From Scyliorhinus canicula (Eukaryota), in assembly GCF_902713615.1 (NCBI RefSeq), contig NC_052155.1, positions 190,946,429-191,010,428 of the forward strand: DNA of 64,000 nt, in the 5' to 3' direction. Positions 37,720 to 50,255 of the stretch are shown one piece after another. The position numbers were made by a program, and so were the translations under genes. The notes under the pieces were generated by a model. The model was given only the letters and a program-made list of their open reading frames with translations. It was not told the DNA's origin and ran no database searches. Position 1 is the stretch's first letter, and each line of letters starts with the position of its first letter.

Positions 37720-38265
37720 CTCCACACATTACAGTTCAAACACCACCCCAAAACCACATCCGATTGAGCTGAAAACTGCCACAAATTCCCTTCAGTTAAG
37801 GTTTACACTGTTGTGCATCATAAAATTGACACAAATTAAACAGCTACACTTTCATTCTTTTCCAGTTAATCACGCTGGAATAGAACACAGGCGGTGGGGG
37901 GTGGGGGGTGGGGGGGGAGGGGGGTGGGCATTAGGAGCTGCTCGTCATTGGCTGAATCTTCTCTCCCATCACCCCATCCTTTTCCAGCTGCGATTGGTTC
38001 TCGGATCCCAGATTATTTAAATGGCATTTTTACATCCTCTTTGCTAACGTTTCCCCCTACTCTATCTCTGCAACCTTCTCCCAAGTTATATCTTCAGCCC
38101 TATCCCATGGAGCCCCAACTCCAACCTTGTAACCCTCTAGAGGGATCTTTTGCTGAACTCTCTACTTTCTCTTCACCTTTATAGACCTTCATGCAAACTA
38201 TCTTGTTGACTCTTTGCAAATAGACTATTTTAACTTCCTTACGTTACAGCCCTGCCCTGACCATT

Positions 38266-38860
38266 TGAGGCACCCTCAATTACGACGCGAGAGCGAGGTC
38301 GGTAATCAAAAGGCTTTAATCTACAGAGAACTGAACAGCATCCGAGAGAAGTGTGCTCACCACATGGAGCCTTATCCTATATACCGTTTCCTGGGGGCGT
38401 AGCCAGAGGCGGAGTCCCCCAGGGTTCCAAGCATCTTAAAGGGGCAAGGTATTAAAGGTCAGGTACCGTTTACAGCAGTTATTAATACCGTTCATCACAT
38501 TCACCCCCTGTTTAAAAAAAACACATAGTCCGTCTGGGGTGAAGTGGAGTTATAAGTTCAGTCTTTGTGGTGGTCTGATCGTCCGTGCTGATTTCGCTGC
38601 TCCGGTGGTGGTGCCATGGATGCGGTCGGTTCCAATGGTGGTATATCCGGGAGCAGGGTTGACTGAGCCTTTGCCCGCCTTGGAGGGGGGGGGGGGGTTA
38701 TCAGGGATGATTAGGGTGATCAGTGCTGCCGCCGGCTGGGGGCAGGGGGTGCTAAGGGGGGGGGGCGCTGTTAGAGTCGGCGGGCGGTGCGGGGCGGGGA
38801 GCGTCGGTAGAAGGGGGGGGTCGGTGGGGAAAACGTCGGGGTCGGTGGGAGAGCCAGCGG
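38266..38860 (-). mobile_element. Gypsy 3' LTR (38266-38499) and truncated internal stub, unit 2
   Basis: Same as 29470-30067. Confidence 0.85.
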
Positions 38861-39696
38861 CAGTGCACAGACATGTAAAAAGATCTGAATCTCTACAGTG
38901 CAGAAGGAGGCCATTCAGCCCATTGAGTCTGCACTGATCCTTGGAAAGAGTACCCTACTTAGGCCCCATGCCCCAACCCGATCCCCATAACCCAGTAACT
39001 CCACCTAACCTTTTGGACACTAAGGGGCAAATTAACATCCCCCTAACCTGTGCATCTTTGGACATGTGGGAGGAAACCGGAGCAGCCGGAGGAAACCCAC
39101 GCAGACGTGGGGAGAACGTGCAGACTGCGCACAGAAACACAAGACAGGAGTTGAATCCGGGTCCCTGACGCTGGGAGGCAGCAGTGTTAACCACTGTGCC
39201 GCCGTGTCGTCCATATGAGCTTTGACAGAGTCATTGGACCCGAAACGTTAGCTCTTTTCTCTCCCTACACAGATGCTGCCAGACTTGCTGAGATTTTCCA
39301 GCATTTTCTCCTTCCTGCCGTCCATATTGTTCCTCATGTGGGACACATTGAAGAGATGTGGGCCTCTGGCCCTGACCAGGAGGCCCTGACACCTCCCAGT
39401 AAGAAGCTGTGTGAGATGGTTACTGGAACTGTTTGAATGGGGCAAGGACAGGGCGGGATAGCAGACAGAAGGTCAGTGCCGGGTAATATCAGAAAGCTGG
39501 TCCAGCCACTCAGCAGCTGTTCTGGGTGTGGAGAAAGGCAGATTGAAGTGAAACATTAACCGGGTGAAGTAGAAAAACGGCAGCATTGAGGCCACGTGGA
39601 GACTCAGCATTGGGTGGAATCGATTGACACAATTTCCGCTGTGGCAGCCTAGTCAGGGTGATGGTTAAACCTCCATCAGTCCAATCTTGGCCAAAG

Positions 39697-40142
39697 ATGG
39701 AGGGTCACATTGTGGTGATTTTACTCACCTCTTTCCTCAGTCAGTACTGTCGGTTCCAAACTGATTCTTTTGTTTATCATCCCCCCCTCCCCTTATTAAC
39801 TAATAATCTGATTGATTTGTCTTATCTACTGCAGGGAAATCTGACGCTGTAACGCTGACACAGTCTGCACTGTCCATGACCAGACTTCCCAACAAAACGG
39901 TGCGGTTTGAGTGTGAAATCGTCGTTTCAGACTTCGCCAGTGCCATAATCCATTGGTACCGGCAGAGTCCGGGACAAGGGTTACAGAGAATGCTTTATTA
40001 TAAGAATCCATCCGAGACCGCACAGGACATAACCAACAGGGTTTTATTTGCGGAAAAACGATCTGCCACCAAATCGTGCAGCCTGTTGCTGCGGGACATC
40101 AAGGAGGATGAATCCGGAATGTATTACTGTGCTCTCTGGGAC
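39697..40142 (+). CDS. TRGV: TCR gamma V segment, family A copy 3 (leader 39697-39739, V exon 39835-40142)
   Basis: As A1, with CEIVVSDF and ATKSCS. Intact. Confidence 0.9.
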
Positions 40143-40181
40143 CACACTGTCTGAAACCGGAGGGGAGTCTTTACAAAAACC
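40143..40181 (+). other. 23-RSS of V-A3
   Basis: CACACTG + 23 nt + ACAAAAACC. Confidence 0.95.
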
Positions 40182-40499
40182 CCACAGCAGCTCATACTCA
40201 CTCTGAACAAGGTGCTGAAACACAGCTGGAGGGTTAGGACAGTTCCACCGGGGCTGCCCAGACACCATGTTCATTTCACCAGCTTAGTTTCATATTATTT
40301 TTGAACTTGGATGAATAAAAATTACTTTGTGAAACCAGTGAGATTTAATTATGACAATTCTGACTTTATTCTATAAATGGATATAACAAATGTAATAACA
40401 CATGAAATACAAATAACAAATGATATAACAGATTCCTCTGCCCTCACCCCTCTCCTCCCTCCCAGACCCAGGATATCTCCCCCCCCCCCCCCCCCCCCC

Positions 40500-41605
40500 G
40501 TCCTCACTTTTCACCCCACCAGCCTCCACATTCAAATATCCTCTGCCAGTTCTGCCAACTCCAGCATGATTCCATCACCAGACACATCTTCCCCTCACTC
40601 CCTCTGACTGCATTCCACAGGGACCGTTCCTTCCAGGATACCCTGGTCCACTCCCCCATCACCCCCAACACCTCACTCTCTTCCCAGGGCACCTTCCCAT
40701 ACAATCGCAGATGGTGTAACACCTGCCCCTTTACCTCCTCCCTGCTCAACATCCCAGGGCTGACACACTCTTTCCAAGTGAGGCAGAGCTTCACGTGCCC
40801 CCCCCTTCAATCTGGTCTATTGCATTCGCTGCTCCCAGTGTGATCTACTCTACATTGGAGAGGCTAAACACAGACTGGGGGACCGCTTTGCAGAACACCC
40901 CCCGGTCCATTCACAAGCAGGACCCAGACCTTCCTGTTGCTGCCATTTCAACTCCCCGTCCTGCTCTCACACCCACATGTCCGTCCTCGGCCGACTGTAA
41001 TGTTCCAGTGAAGCCCAGAGCAAACTGGAGGAACATCACCTCATCTTCCGATTGGACACGTTACAGCCTTCCGGACTTAACACTGAGTTCAACACCTTCA
41101 GGCTGTGAACTCTCTCCTCCACCTTCACCCCATTTATATTTCTATCAATTCATTTTCATTTCTTCCATCGATCTGTTTTCCCCTCACCATTGTCCCCTCC
41201 CCCCCCCCCACCCCACTTAGACCATCTGTTCCCTGTTCCAAGTTGTCCTTTGACTCACTGCTGACTTTTTCTGCCATCCACACATTCTAATCTCTTTATG
41301 TGCCACTATCAGCTCCTTCTTAGCCTTAATCACCATCATTTACATTCCCTATGTCTTTATGTTCATGGCATCTTTGTCAATCTCCACCTATCACTGGCCC
41401 CTATCCAGACCCACAACTCCACCCCCTCCCTCACAACAGTATAAATCTCATCCTATTTCCAGTTCTCTGCAGTCTTGGCAAAGAGTTATCCAGACTCGAA
41501 GCGTTAGCTCCCTTCTCTCTGCACAGACGCTGTCAGACCTGCTGAGATTGTTCAGTATTTTCTGTTTTTGTTTCAGATTCCAGCATCTGCAGTAATTTGA
41601 TTTTA
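40500..41605 (+). mobile_element. Penelope-like GIY-YIG fragment, unit 3
   Basis: Homologous to 22505-23825, without the hairpin insertion. Confidence 0.83.
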
Positions 41606-43136
41606 TAACAATTCTCATATGGTTTAAACTAATCACTCCATCTGCTTTGCCACGTTTTGCAAAACCCCTATAATAATGTAGTCACTGAGTTTTACAGCAC
41701 ATAACCTTTGGCCCATCATGTCTGTGCTGGTCACAAAGCACCTATCCAATTTCCACACCTGTTTCATAACATTGGGGCAGCACGGTGGCACAGTGGTTAG
41801 CAAAATAGCTTCACAGCGCCAGGGTCCCAGGTTCGATTCCTGCTTAGGTCACTGTCTGTGTGGAGTCTGCATGTTCTCTGCGTGGTTTTCCACCGGGTGC
41901 TCCGGTTTCCTCCCACAGTCCAAAGATGTGCAGGTTAGGTGGATTGGCCGTGCTAAATTGCCCTTAGGTTAGATGGGGTTGCAGGGTTATGGGGATAGGG
42001 TGGAGGTGTGGGCTTAACTAGGGTGCTCTTTCCAAGAGCTGGCATAGACTTGATGGGCTGAATGGCCGCCTTCTGCACTGTAAATTCTATGAGATTCTAT
42101 AACCTTGTATAATGTGGTGTTTCACCTGCTCATCTAAATGCTTCTTAAATGTTGTAAGTTACAAAACTTCCTGTGGTCAAATGGCCAATGAACAATAATA
42201 ATAATAATCTTTATTATCACAAGTAGGCTTACATTACTGCACTATCCTGGGTTCTGGTCCCAAACTAGTCAAGCCCACACTCACTGAATCTTACTCACTT
42301 GCTGCCAACCCACCTCCTCCATTGCTATACCCACATATGTATGTATGTGGCATGCAGCACTGGGATATATTGGTGGCAGAGAGTGGTCCTGGGAGTCCAA
42401 AATATTACCTCTGGAAACCATGAAGTCAAAAATGGGTGAGGAAATCTTTAGTCGATTATCATGTACTGTACTCCCTCGGGTGATGAATCAGTACACCTCT
42501 ACATTAAACAAAAACACAATGAGTCCTGACAACGTCCTGGTTACTATGGTGGAGATTTGTGCTCCAGAACTGGCCATGCCCCTAGCCAAGGCGTTCTTGT
42601 ACAACCACAACGGCAACACTGGCATTGATCTGACAGATATGTAGAATTGCGCTAAATCTAATGCATGAAAAGTAAAACATTTCAAATCAACCAACTACTT
42701 CTCTATCAATCTACCAGGAAGCACTTACACAACAATAATCACTAATGTTCAGTTTGAGTCTGGCTGACCACACAGCTTGAGACCTTATCAAAACCTTGGT
42801 CCAAACATGGATAACAGAGGTGAGGGAAGAGTGACCTATAAACACACAAACTATCCCAGAATTGTTAAGGAGCAGAAGGAGGCCATTCAGTCCTTTGAAC
42901 CTGTACTGGCTCACCAAAGAAGCATTATGACTGAGTGCCGTTCATCTGTCTTTTCCCCATGGTATTGCACATTAGGAGCAGGAAGAGGCCATTCAGTCCT
43001 TCCAGCCTGTCCTGCCATCCAATAAGATCATGGCTGACCTGGCTGAAACCTCACACTTACTCCTGGTAACCTTCACCCCCTTGTGTTTTGTAAATTTAGA
43101 GTACCCAATTCATTTTTTCCAATTAAGGGGCAATAT

Positions 43137-44304
43137 TGGATTGGATTGGATTGGATTTGTTTATTGTCACGTGTACCGAGGTACAGTGAAAAGTATTTTT
43201 CTGCAAGCAGCTCATTCAGTACATGGAAGAAAAGGGAATTAAACAATTCAAGAAAATACATGAGAATACATAATAGGGCAACACAAGGATACAATGTAAC
43301 TACATAAGCATTGGCATCGGTTGAAGCATACAGGGTGTAGTGTTAATGAGGTCAGTCAATAAGAGGGTCATTTAGGAGTCTGGTGACGGGGGGAAGAAGC
43401 TGTTTTTGAGTCTGTTCGTCCGTGTTCTCAGACTTCTGAATCTCCTGCCCAATGGAAGAAGTTGGAAAAGTGAGTAAGCCGGGTGGGAGGGATCCTTGAT
43501 TATGCTGCCCGCTTTCCCCCGGCAGCGGGAGGTGTAGATGGAATCAATGATGGGAGGCAGGTTCGTGTGATGGACTGGGCGGTATTTACGACTCTCTGAA
43601 GTTCCTTGCGGTCCTGGGCCGAGCAGTTGCCATACCAGGCTGTGATGCAGCCCGATAGGATGCTTTCTATAGTGCATCTGTAAAAGTTGGTAAGGGTTAA
43701 TGTGGACATGCCGAATTTCCTTAGTTTCCTGAGGAAGTATAGGCGCTGTTGTGCTTTCTTGGTGATAGCGTCAACGTGAGTGGACCAGGATAGATATTTG
43801 GTGATGTGCACCCCTAGGAATTTGAAACTGCTCACCATCTCCACCTCGGCTCCGTTGATGCTGACAGGCGTGTGTACGGTACTTTGCTTCCTGAAGTCGA
43901 TGACCAGCTCTTTAGTTTTGCTGGCATTGAGGGACAGATTGTTGTCGCTGCAGCACTCCACTAGGTTCTCTATCTCCCTCCTGTATTCGGACTCGTCGCT
44001 ATTCGAGATCCGGCCCACTATGGTCGTATCGTCAGCAAACTTGTAGATGGAGTTGGAACCAAGTTTTGCCACGCAGTCGTGTGTGTACAGGGAGTAGAGT
44101 AGGGGGCTAAGTACGCAGCCTTGCGGGGAACCGGTATTGAGGACTATTATGGAGGAGGTGTTGGTGTTCATTCTTACTGATTGTGGTCTGTTGGTCAGAA
44201 AGTCAAGGATCCAGTTGCAGAGTGGAGAGCCAAGTCCTAGGTTTTGGAGCTTTGATATGAGCTTGGCTGGGATTATGGTGCTGAAGGCGGAGCTGTAGTC
44301 AATA
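43137..44304 (-). mobile_element. Rex1/Babar-like LINE fragment, unit 3
   Basis: RT ORF 43500-44171, then a frameshift. Confidence 0.85.
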
Positions 44305-45907
44305 ACTACAAGTTAATATAGCATGGCCAATCCACCTACCCTGCATATCTTTGGGTTGTTGGGGGTGGGGGGGGGGGGGGGGCACCCACACAAACACAGG
44401 GAGAATGTTCAAAGTCCTCATGGACAGTGTCCCAGAGCCGGGATAACCCACTGCACCACCGTGCTGCCCCTTTCACCCCCTTGTTAACCAAGAATCTATC
44501 TAGCTCTGCCCTGAAAACAGAGACACTGCTTTCACTGCTTTTTAAGGAAGCGAGTTCCAAATGTTCACTGCCCTCAGAGGAAAACATTCTTCTCATGTTG
44601 TCTTAAATTTGTGACCCTTTATTTTTAAACAATGACCTCTAGTTCTAGATTCTCCTCCATCCGAAAAACATCCTCTCCACATCCACCCTGTCAACACCTC
44701 TGAGAGTCTCAAATATTTCAAACAAGTTGCCTCTTACTCCTCTGAACTCCAGTGGATACATGCCGAGCTTGTCCAACCTTTCGTCATTAGACAACCTGCC
44801 CAGTATTATTCTGGTAAACTTTCTCTAAACTTCTTGCAATGAAGAACTGTCCAAGCTTTTTGCTCGGGGATCTTATCTTTGTTTACTTTTCTCATTCAAA
44901 GGGCTGAGGAGCAAATTTTGGAAAGAAAAGGGGCGGGATCCTCCACTTTGCCGGCAGCGCACTCATGCCCACGGATTTCCGGATGGCACCGGGATGGCCA
45001 GAATGGGAAACCCCATTGGCTGGCTGCTGGGATGGAGGATCCCCATGCTGGTGGGGGCGTGCCATGTCAGAAAATGGGTCTGGTGAGGCCGAGAATCCCA
45101 CCCAAGGTTTGGTGCTACAATAAGCTGAATAAACTGAACTGAAGGGTCAGTGGTGGGAATGTGGATGGATCAGTGGTCGTTAGTGATTGAACCTCTGCAG
45201 TGTGTGGGGAAAGTGATCCCACAGTGTGTTTGGGAGGGAATGCTGACCCAGGGATCATGAAGCAATGGTTTGAGATGTGAGTTGCTGAGAGGTGAAGCTA
45301 TTTCCATCCGTTTGCTCTTCCTCCCCTTCTAGGGTGGAGGCTGTTTTAATAATAATCTTTGTTAGTGTCACAAGTAGGTTTACATTAACACTGCAATGAA
45401 GTTACTGTGAAAAGCCCCTAGTCGCCTGTTCGGGTACACAGAGGGAGAATTCAGAATGTCCAATTCACTCAACAGCACGTCTTTCGGGACTTGTGGGAGG
45501 AAACCGGAGCACCCGGAGGAAACCCACGCAGACACGGGGAGAACGTGCAGACTCCGCACAGACAGTGACCCAAGCTGGGAATCGAACCTGGGACCGTGGA
45601 GCTGTGAAGCAACAGTGCTAACCACTGTGCTACCGTGCTGCCCCTGTTGATTTGGGATCTGAAATTGGGGTCAGTGTCGGATATGCGACTGAACCAAGTT
45701 TTGTTTAAAATAAATCCTCAAGTGTTTGTGTAATTCAATTGCGTAGTCACTGTAGTGAAAACAAACACAGTGCGTTAAGGGTGTGGGTGTGGCTTTTGTA
45801 CAGGAGGCAGCCGCTGCAATCACCCACAGGAAGTTTGTCAGCTCCCCTGTCAGAGTCAGTGTTTAATATAAATGTTACCCAGGAGCTGAACACCTCGCAC
45901 TGAAACC

Positions 45908-46430
45908 ATGCTGCTGCCCTGGGTCGCCTTAGTTACTTTTTTTCCAGGTAAATTGATTAATTCATTGTCTACATTTGATTTTCTTTAGGTTTTGAAACTC
46001 GTTGTAATTGGGATTACCGTACCAGCCTCCCCGAACAGGCACCGGAATGTGGCGACTCGGGGCTTTCCACAGTCATTTCATTTGAAGCCTACTTGTGACA
46101 ATAAGCAATTTTCATTTATTTCCCCACAGATGGATATTTTGCTCAAGATTTAAAACAGGCTCAACTTTCAGTCACCAAGAAAATGAATAAAAATCCCACC
46201 ATTTCGTGTGAGCTGGCTGAATCAGTCAGCACTTCAACCATCCACTGGTACAAAGACACAGAGGGTGGCCAGCTGGTCCGCATTCTTTATTTCGATGGCA
46301 GTGTTAATCGGGATAGTGGATTTGGCAAAAGGTTTGAGGGGGAGAAGACTGGGTACAGACAGTACAGTCTGCGCATTAACGCCCTCCAGCCAAAGGATTC
46401 CGCCACCTATTACTGCGCCTATTGGATTCA
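45908..46430 (+). CDS. TRGV: TCR gamma V segment, family B copy 3 (leader 45908-45947, V exon 46130-46430)
   Basis: As B1, but SVSTSTIHWY (I>T in CDR1). Intact. Confidence 0.9.
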
Positions 46431-46469
46431 CACAGCATTAAACAACCATTCAACTTCCTTACAAAAACT
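46431..46469 (+). other. 23-RSS of V-B3
   Basis: CACAGCA + 23 nt + ACAAAAACT. Confidence 0.92.
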
Positions 46470-47011
46470 CTCCACACATTACAGTTCAAACACCACCCCA
46501 AAACCACATCCGATTGAGCTGAAAACTGCCACAAATTCCCTTCAGTTAAGGTTTACACTGTTGTGCATCATAAATTGACACAAATTAAACAGCTACACTT
46601 TCATTCTTTTCCAGTTAATCACGCTGGAATAGAACACAGGCGGTGGGGGGTGGGGGTGGGGGGGGGGGGGGTGGGCATTAGGAGCTGCTCGTCATTGGCT
46701 GAATCTTCTCTCCCATCACCCCATCCTTTTCCAGCTGCGATTGGTTCTCGGATCCCAGATTATTTAAATGGCATTTTTACATCCTCTTTGCTAACGTTTC
46801 CCCTACTCTATCTCTGCAACCTTCTCCCAAGTTATATCTTCAGCCCTATCCCATGGAGCCCCAACTCCAACCTTGTAACCCTCTAGAGGGATCTTTTGCT
46901 GAACTCTCTACTTTCTCTTCACCTTTATAGACCTTCACGCAAACTATCTTGTTGACTCTTTGCAAATAGACTATTTTAACTTCCTTACGTTACAGCCCTG
47001 CCCTGACCATT

Positions 47012-50000
47012 TGAGGCACCCTCAATTACGACGCGAGAGCGAGGTCGGTAATCAAAAGGCTTTAATCTACAGAGAACTGAACAGCATCCGAGAGAAGTGT
47101 GCTCACCACATGGAGCCTTATCCTATATACCGTTTCCTGGGGGCGTAGCCAGAGGCGGAGTCCCCCAGGGTTCCAATGCATCTTAAAGGGGCAAGGTATT
47201 AAAGGTCAGGTACGTTTACAGCAGTTATTAATACCGTTCATCACATTCACCCCCTGTTTAAAAAAAACACATAGTCCGTCTGGGGTGAAGTGGAGTTATA
47301 AGTTCAGTCTTTGTGGTGGTCTGATAGTCCGTGCTGATTTCGCTGCTCCAGTGGTGGTGCCATGGATGCGGTCGGTTCCAATGGTGGTATATCCGGGAGC
47401 AGGGCTGACTGAGCCTTTGCCCGCCTTGGAGGGGGGGGGTTATCAGGGATGATTAGGGTGATCAGTGCTGCCGCCGGCTGGGGGCAGGGGGTGCTAAGGG
47501 GGGGGGGGGGCGCTGTTAGAGTCGGCGGGCGGTGCGGGGCGGGGAGCGTCGGTAGAAGGGGGGGGGGGTCGGTGGGGAAAACGTCGGGGTCGGTGGGAGA
47601 GCCAGCGGGTGCCAGGTCTCGCAGGGATACTGTATCCTGCCTGCCGTCAGGGTGCTCGACGTAGGCATATTGAGGGTTTGCGTGCAGCAGGTGGACCCTC
47701 TCGACTATTGGATCCCTTTTTCTGGCTCCTCACGTGTCTCCGGAGTAGGACTGGACCTGGAGTCGTCAGCCAGAGTGGAAGCGAGACCCCAGAGGTGGGC
47801 TTCCTGGGGAAGACAAACAAACGATTGTGGGGGTCTCGTTCGTGGCCGTACAGAGGAGCGACCTAATGGAATATAGGGCATCGGGTAGGACCTCCTGCCA
47901 GTGGGAGATAGGGAGACTCCTTGACCGTAGGGCTAGGAGGACGGCCTTCCAGACTGTCGCGTTCTCCCTCTCCACTTGCCTGTTTCCCCGCGGGTTATAG
48001 CTCGTCGTTCTGCTTGAGGCGATGCCCTTGCTGAGCAGGTACCGACACAGCTCATCGCTCATGAACGATGTACCCCGGTCGCAGTGGATATAAGCGGGGA
48101 AACCAAACAGAGTGAAGGATGCTGCGCAGTGCCTTGATCACGGAGGCCGAGGTCATATCGGGGCAGGGGACGGCAAAAGGGAAGCGGGAGAATTCGTCGA
48201 TGACGGTGAGGAAATAGATGTTGCGGTTGTTGGACGGGAGAGGCCCTTTGAAGTCCACACTTAGTCGCTCAAAGGGCCCAGAGGCCTTTATCAGGCGAGC
48301 CCTGTCTGGTCGATAGAATTGTGGTTTGCATTCCGCACAGATCTGGCATGCCTTAGTCATGGCCTTGACCTCCTTTGTGGAGTAGGGAAGGTTGCGGGAC
48401 TTGATGAAGTGGGCAAGCTGGGTGACCCCCCGGGTGGCAGAGGTCATCGTGGATGGCTCTCAGGCAGTCCAATTGCACGCATGTGCCGCGGGACAGGGCA
48501 TCTGAGGGTCGTTGAGCTTCCCCGGGCGACATTTAATATCGTACGTGTAGGTGGAGAGCTCTATCCTCCACCTCAGAATCTTGTCGTTCTTTATTTTGCC
48601 CCGTTGTGCGTTATCGAACATAAAGGCGACCGACCGTTGGTCGGTGACGAGGGTGAACCTCCTACCAGCTAGGTAGTGCCTCCAGTGTCGCACGGCCTCC
48701 ACTATGGCTTGTGCCTCCTTCTCGACTGCAGAGTGTCGAATTTCCGAGGCGTTGAGGGTTCGGGAGAAGAACGCTACTGGTCTGCCCGCTTGGTTGAGGG
48801 TAGCAGCCAGGGCGACGTCTGATGCGCCACTTTCTACATGGAAGGGAATGGCTTCGTCCACCGCGTGCATGGCGGCCTTGATGATGTCGGCCTTGATACG
48901 GCTGAAAGCCGACTGGGCCTCAGCCGTCAGAGGAAAAACCGTGGTCTTAATGAGTGGCCGGGCTTTGTCCGCATATCTGGGGACCCACTGGGCGTAATAG
49001 GAGAAAAGCCCCAAGCACCGTTTGAGTGCCTTGAGGCTACGGGGGAGGGGGAGTTCCTTAAGGGGACGCATGCGGTCGGGGTCTGGGCCTAGGACCCCAT
49101 TTTCCACAATGTAGCCGAGGATGGCTGGCCGGGTTGTGTGGAATACGCATTTCTCTTTGTTGTACGTGAGGTTGAGGGCCCGGGCAGACTGGAGGAACTT
49201 CCTCAGGTTTGCGTCGTGGTCCTGCTGGTCATGGCCGCAGATGGTGACGTTGTCCAAGTACGGGAAAGTCGCCCGTAAGCCGTACTGGTCCACCATTTGA
49301 TCCATCGCCCTCTGGAAAACGGAGACTCCGTTTGTGACACCAAAAGGGACCCTGAGGAAGTGAAACAGCCGACCGGCTGCTTCAAAAGCCGTGTAGGGGC
49401 GGTCCTCTGGGCGAATAGGGAGTTGATGATAGGCCGATTATAGGTCGCCTGTGGAGAATACCCGATACTGGGCGATTTGAGTCACCATTTCTGCTATGCG
49501 GGGAAGTGGGTAAGCATCGAGTTGCGTAAAGCGGTTTATGGTCTGGCTATAATCCACTACCATTCATTGCATTCCCCCGGAGCGGACTACCAATACTTGA
49601 GCCCTCCAAGGGCTGTTGCTGGCCTCAATGACCCACTCTTTTAGTAGCCGCTGAACCTCTGACTTGATAAAACTCATGTCTTGGGTACTCCTGGTGGCGA
49701 TGGGCTTACAGTCGGGAGTGAGGTTCGCGAAGAGGCGGGGTGGCGCAACTTTGAGTGTCGCCAGGCTGCATACCGTGAGTGGGGGCAGGGGTCCGCCGAA
49801 CTTCAGTGTCAGGCTCTGGTGGCTGCACTGAGAGTCCGGACCGAGCAGCAGGAGGGCGCAGAGTTGAGGAAAGATGTAAAGTTTAAAACGGGAGTATTTA
49901 GCGCCTTGAATTGCGAGGTCAGCGACACAATACCCCGTGATTTGGACCAAATGGGACCCAGAGGCGAGGGTGATAGTTTGGGAGGCGGGGTGGGTGCGCA

Positions 50001-50100
50001 GGGAGCAGCGCCTTACCATGTCTGGATGGATAATGCTTTCCGTGCTCCCGGAGTCGAATAGGCAGGGAGTGTCGTGGCCGTTGATTCGCACCCGCATATT
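47012..50100 (-). mobile_element. Gypsy LTR retrotransposon 1: protease, RT, RNase H, integrase and 3' LTR (47012-47245); gag and 5' LTR missing; frameshifted
   Basis: CLFDSGSTES (protease); FPYLDNVTI (RT); VES.ASDVALAATLNQAGRPVAFFSRTL (RNase H); CQICAEC, VIDEFSRF and QVER (integrase). Confidence 0.92.
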
Positions 50101-50109
50101 TTTTTTGAA

Positions 50110-50255
50110 GATTAAAGGGATTAAGGGTTATGGTGTTCGGGCCGGAAAGTGGAGCTGAGTCCACAAAAGATCAGCCATGATCTCATTGAATGGCGGAGCA
50201 GGCTCGAGGGGCCAGATGGCCTACTCCTGCTCCTAGTTCTTGTGTTCTTATGTTC
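50110..50255 (+). mobile_element. Short CR1 3'-end fragment
   Basis: ..AGATCAGCCATGATCTCATTGAATGGCGGAGCAGGCTCGAGGGGCCAGATGGCCTACTCCTGCTCCT..TCTTATGTTC tail. Confidence 0.7.

Larger units (their letters stand above)
30063..38860. repeat. Segmental tandem repeat unit 2 (~8.8 kb; contains V-A2 and V-B2)
   Basis: Colinear near-identity with units 1 and 3. Confidence 0.95.
38856..47608. repeat. Segmental tandem repeat unit 3 (~8.75 kb; contains V-A3 and V-B3)
   Basis: Colinear near-identity with units 1 and 2. It continues into the long Gypsy copy. Confidence 0.95.
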
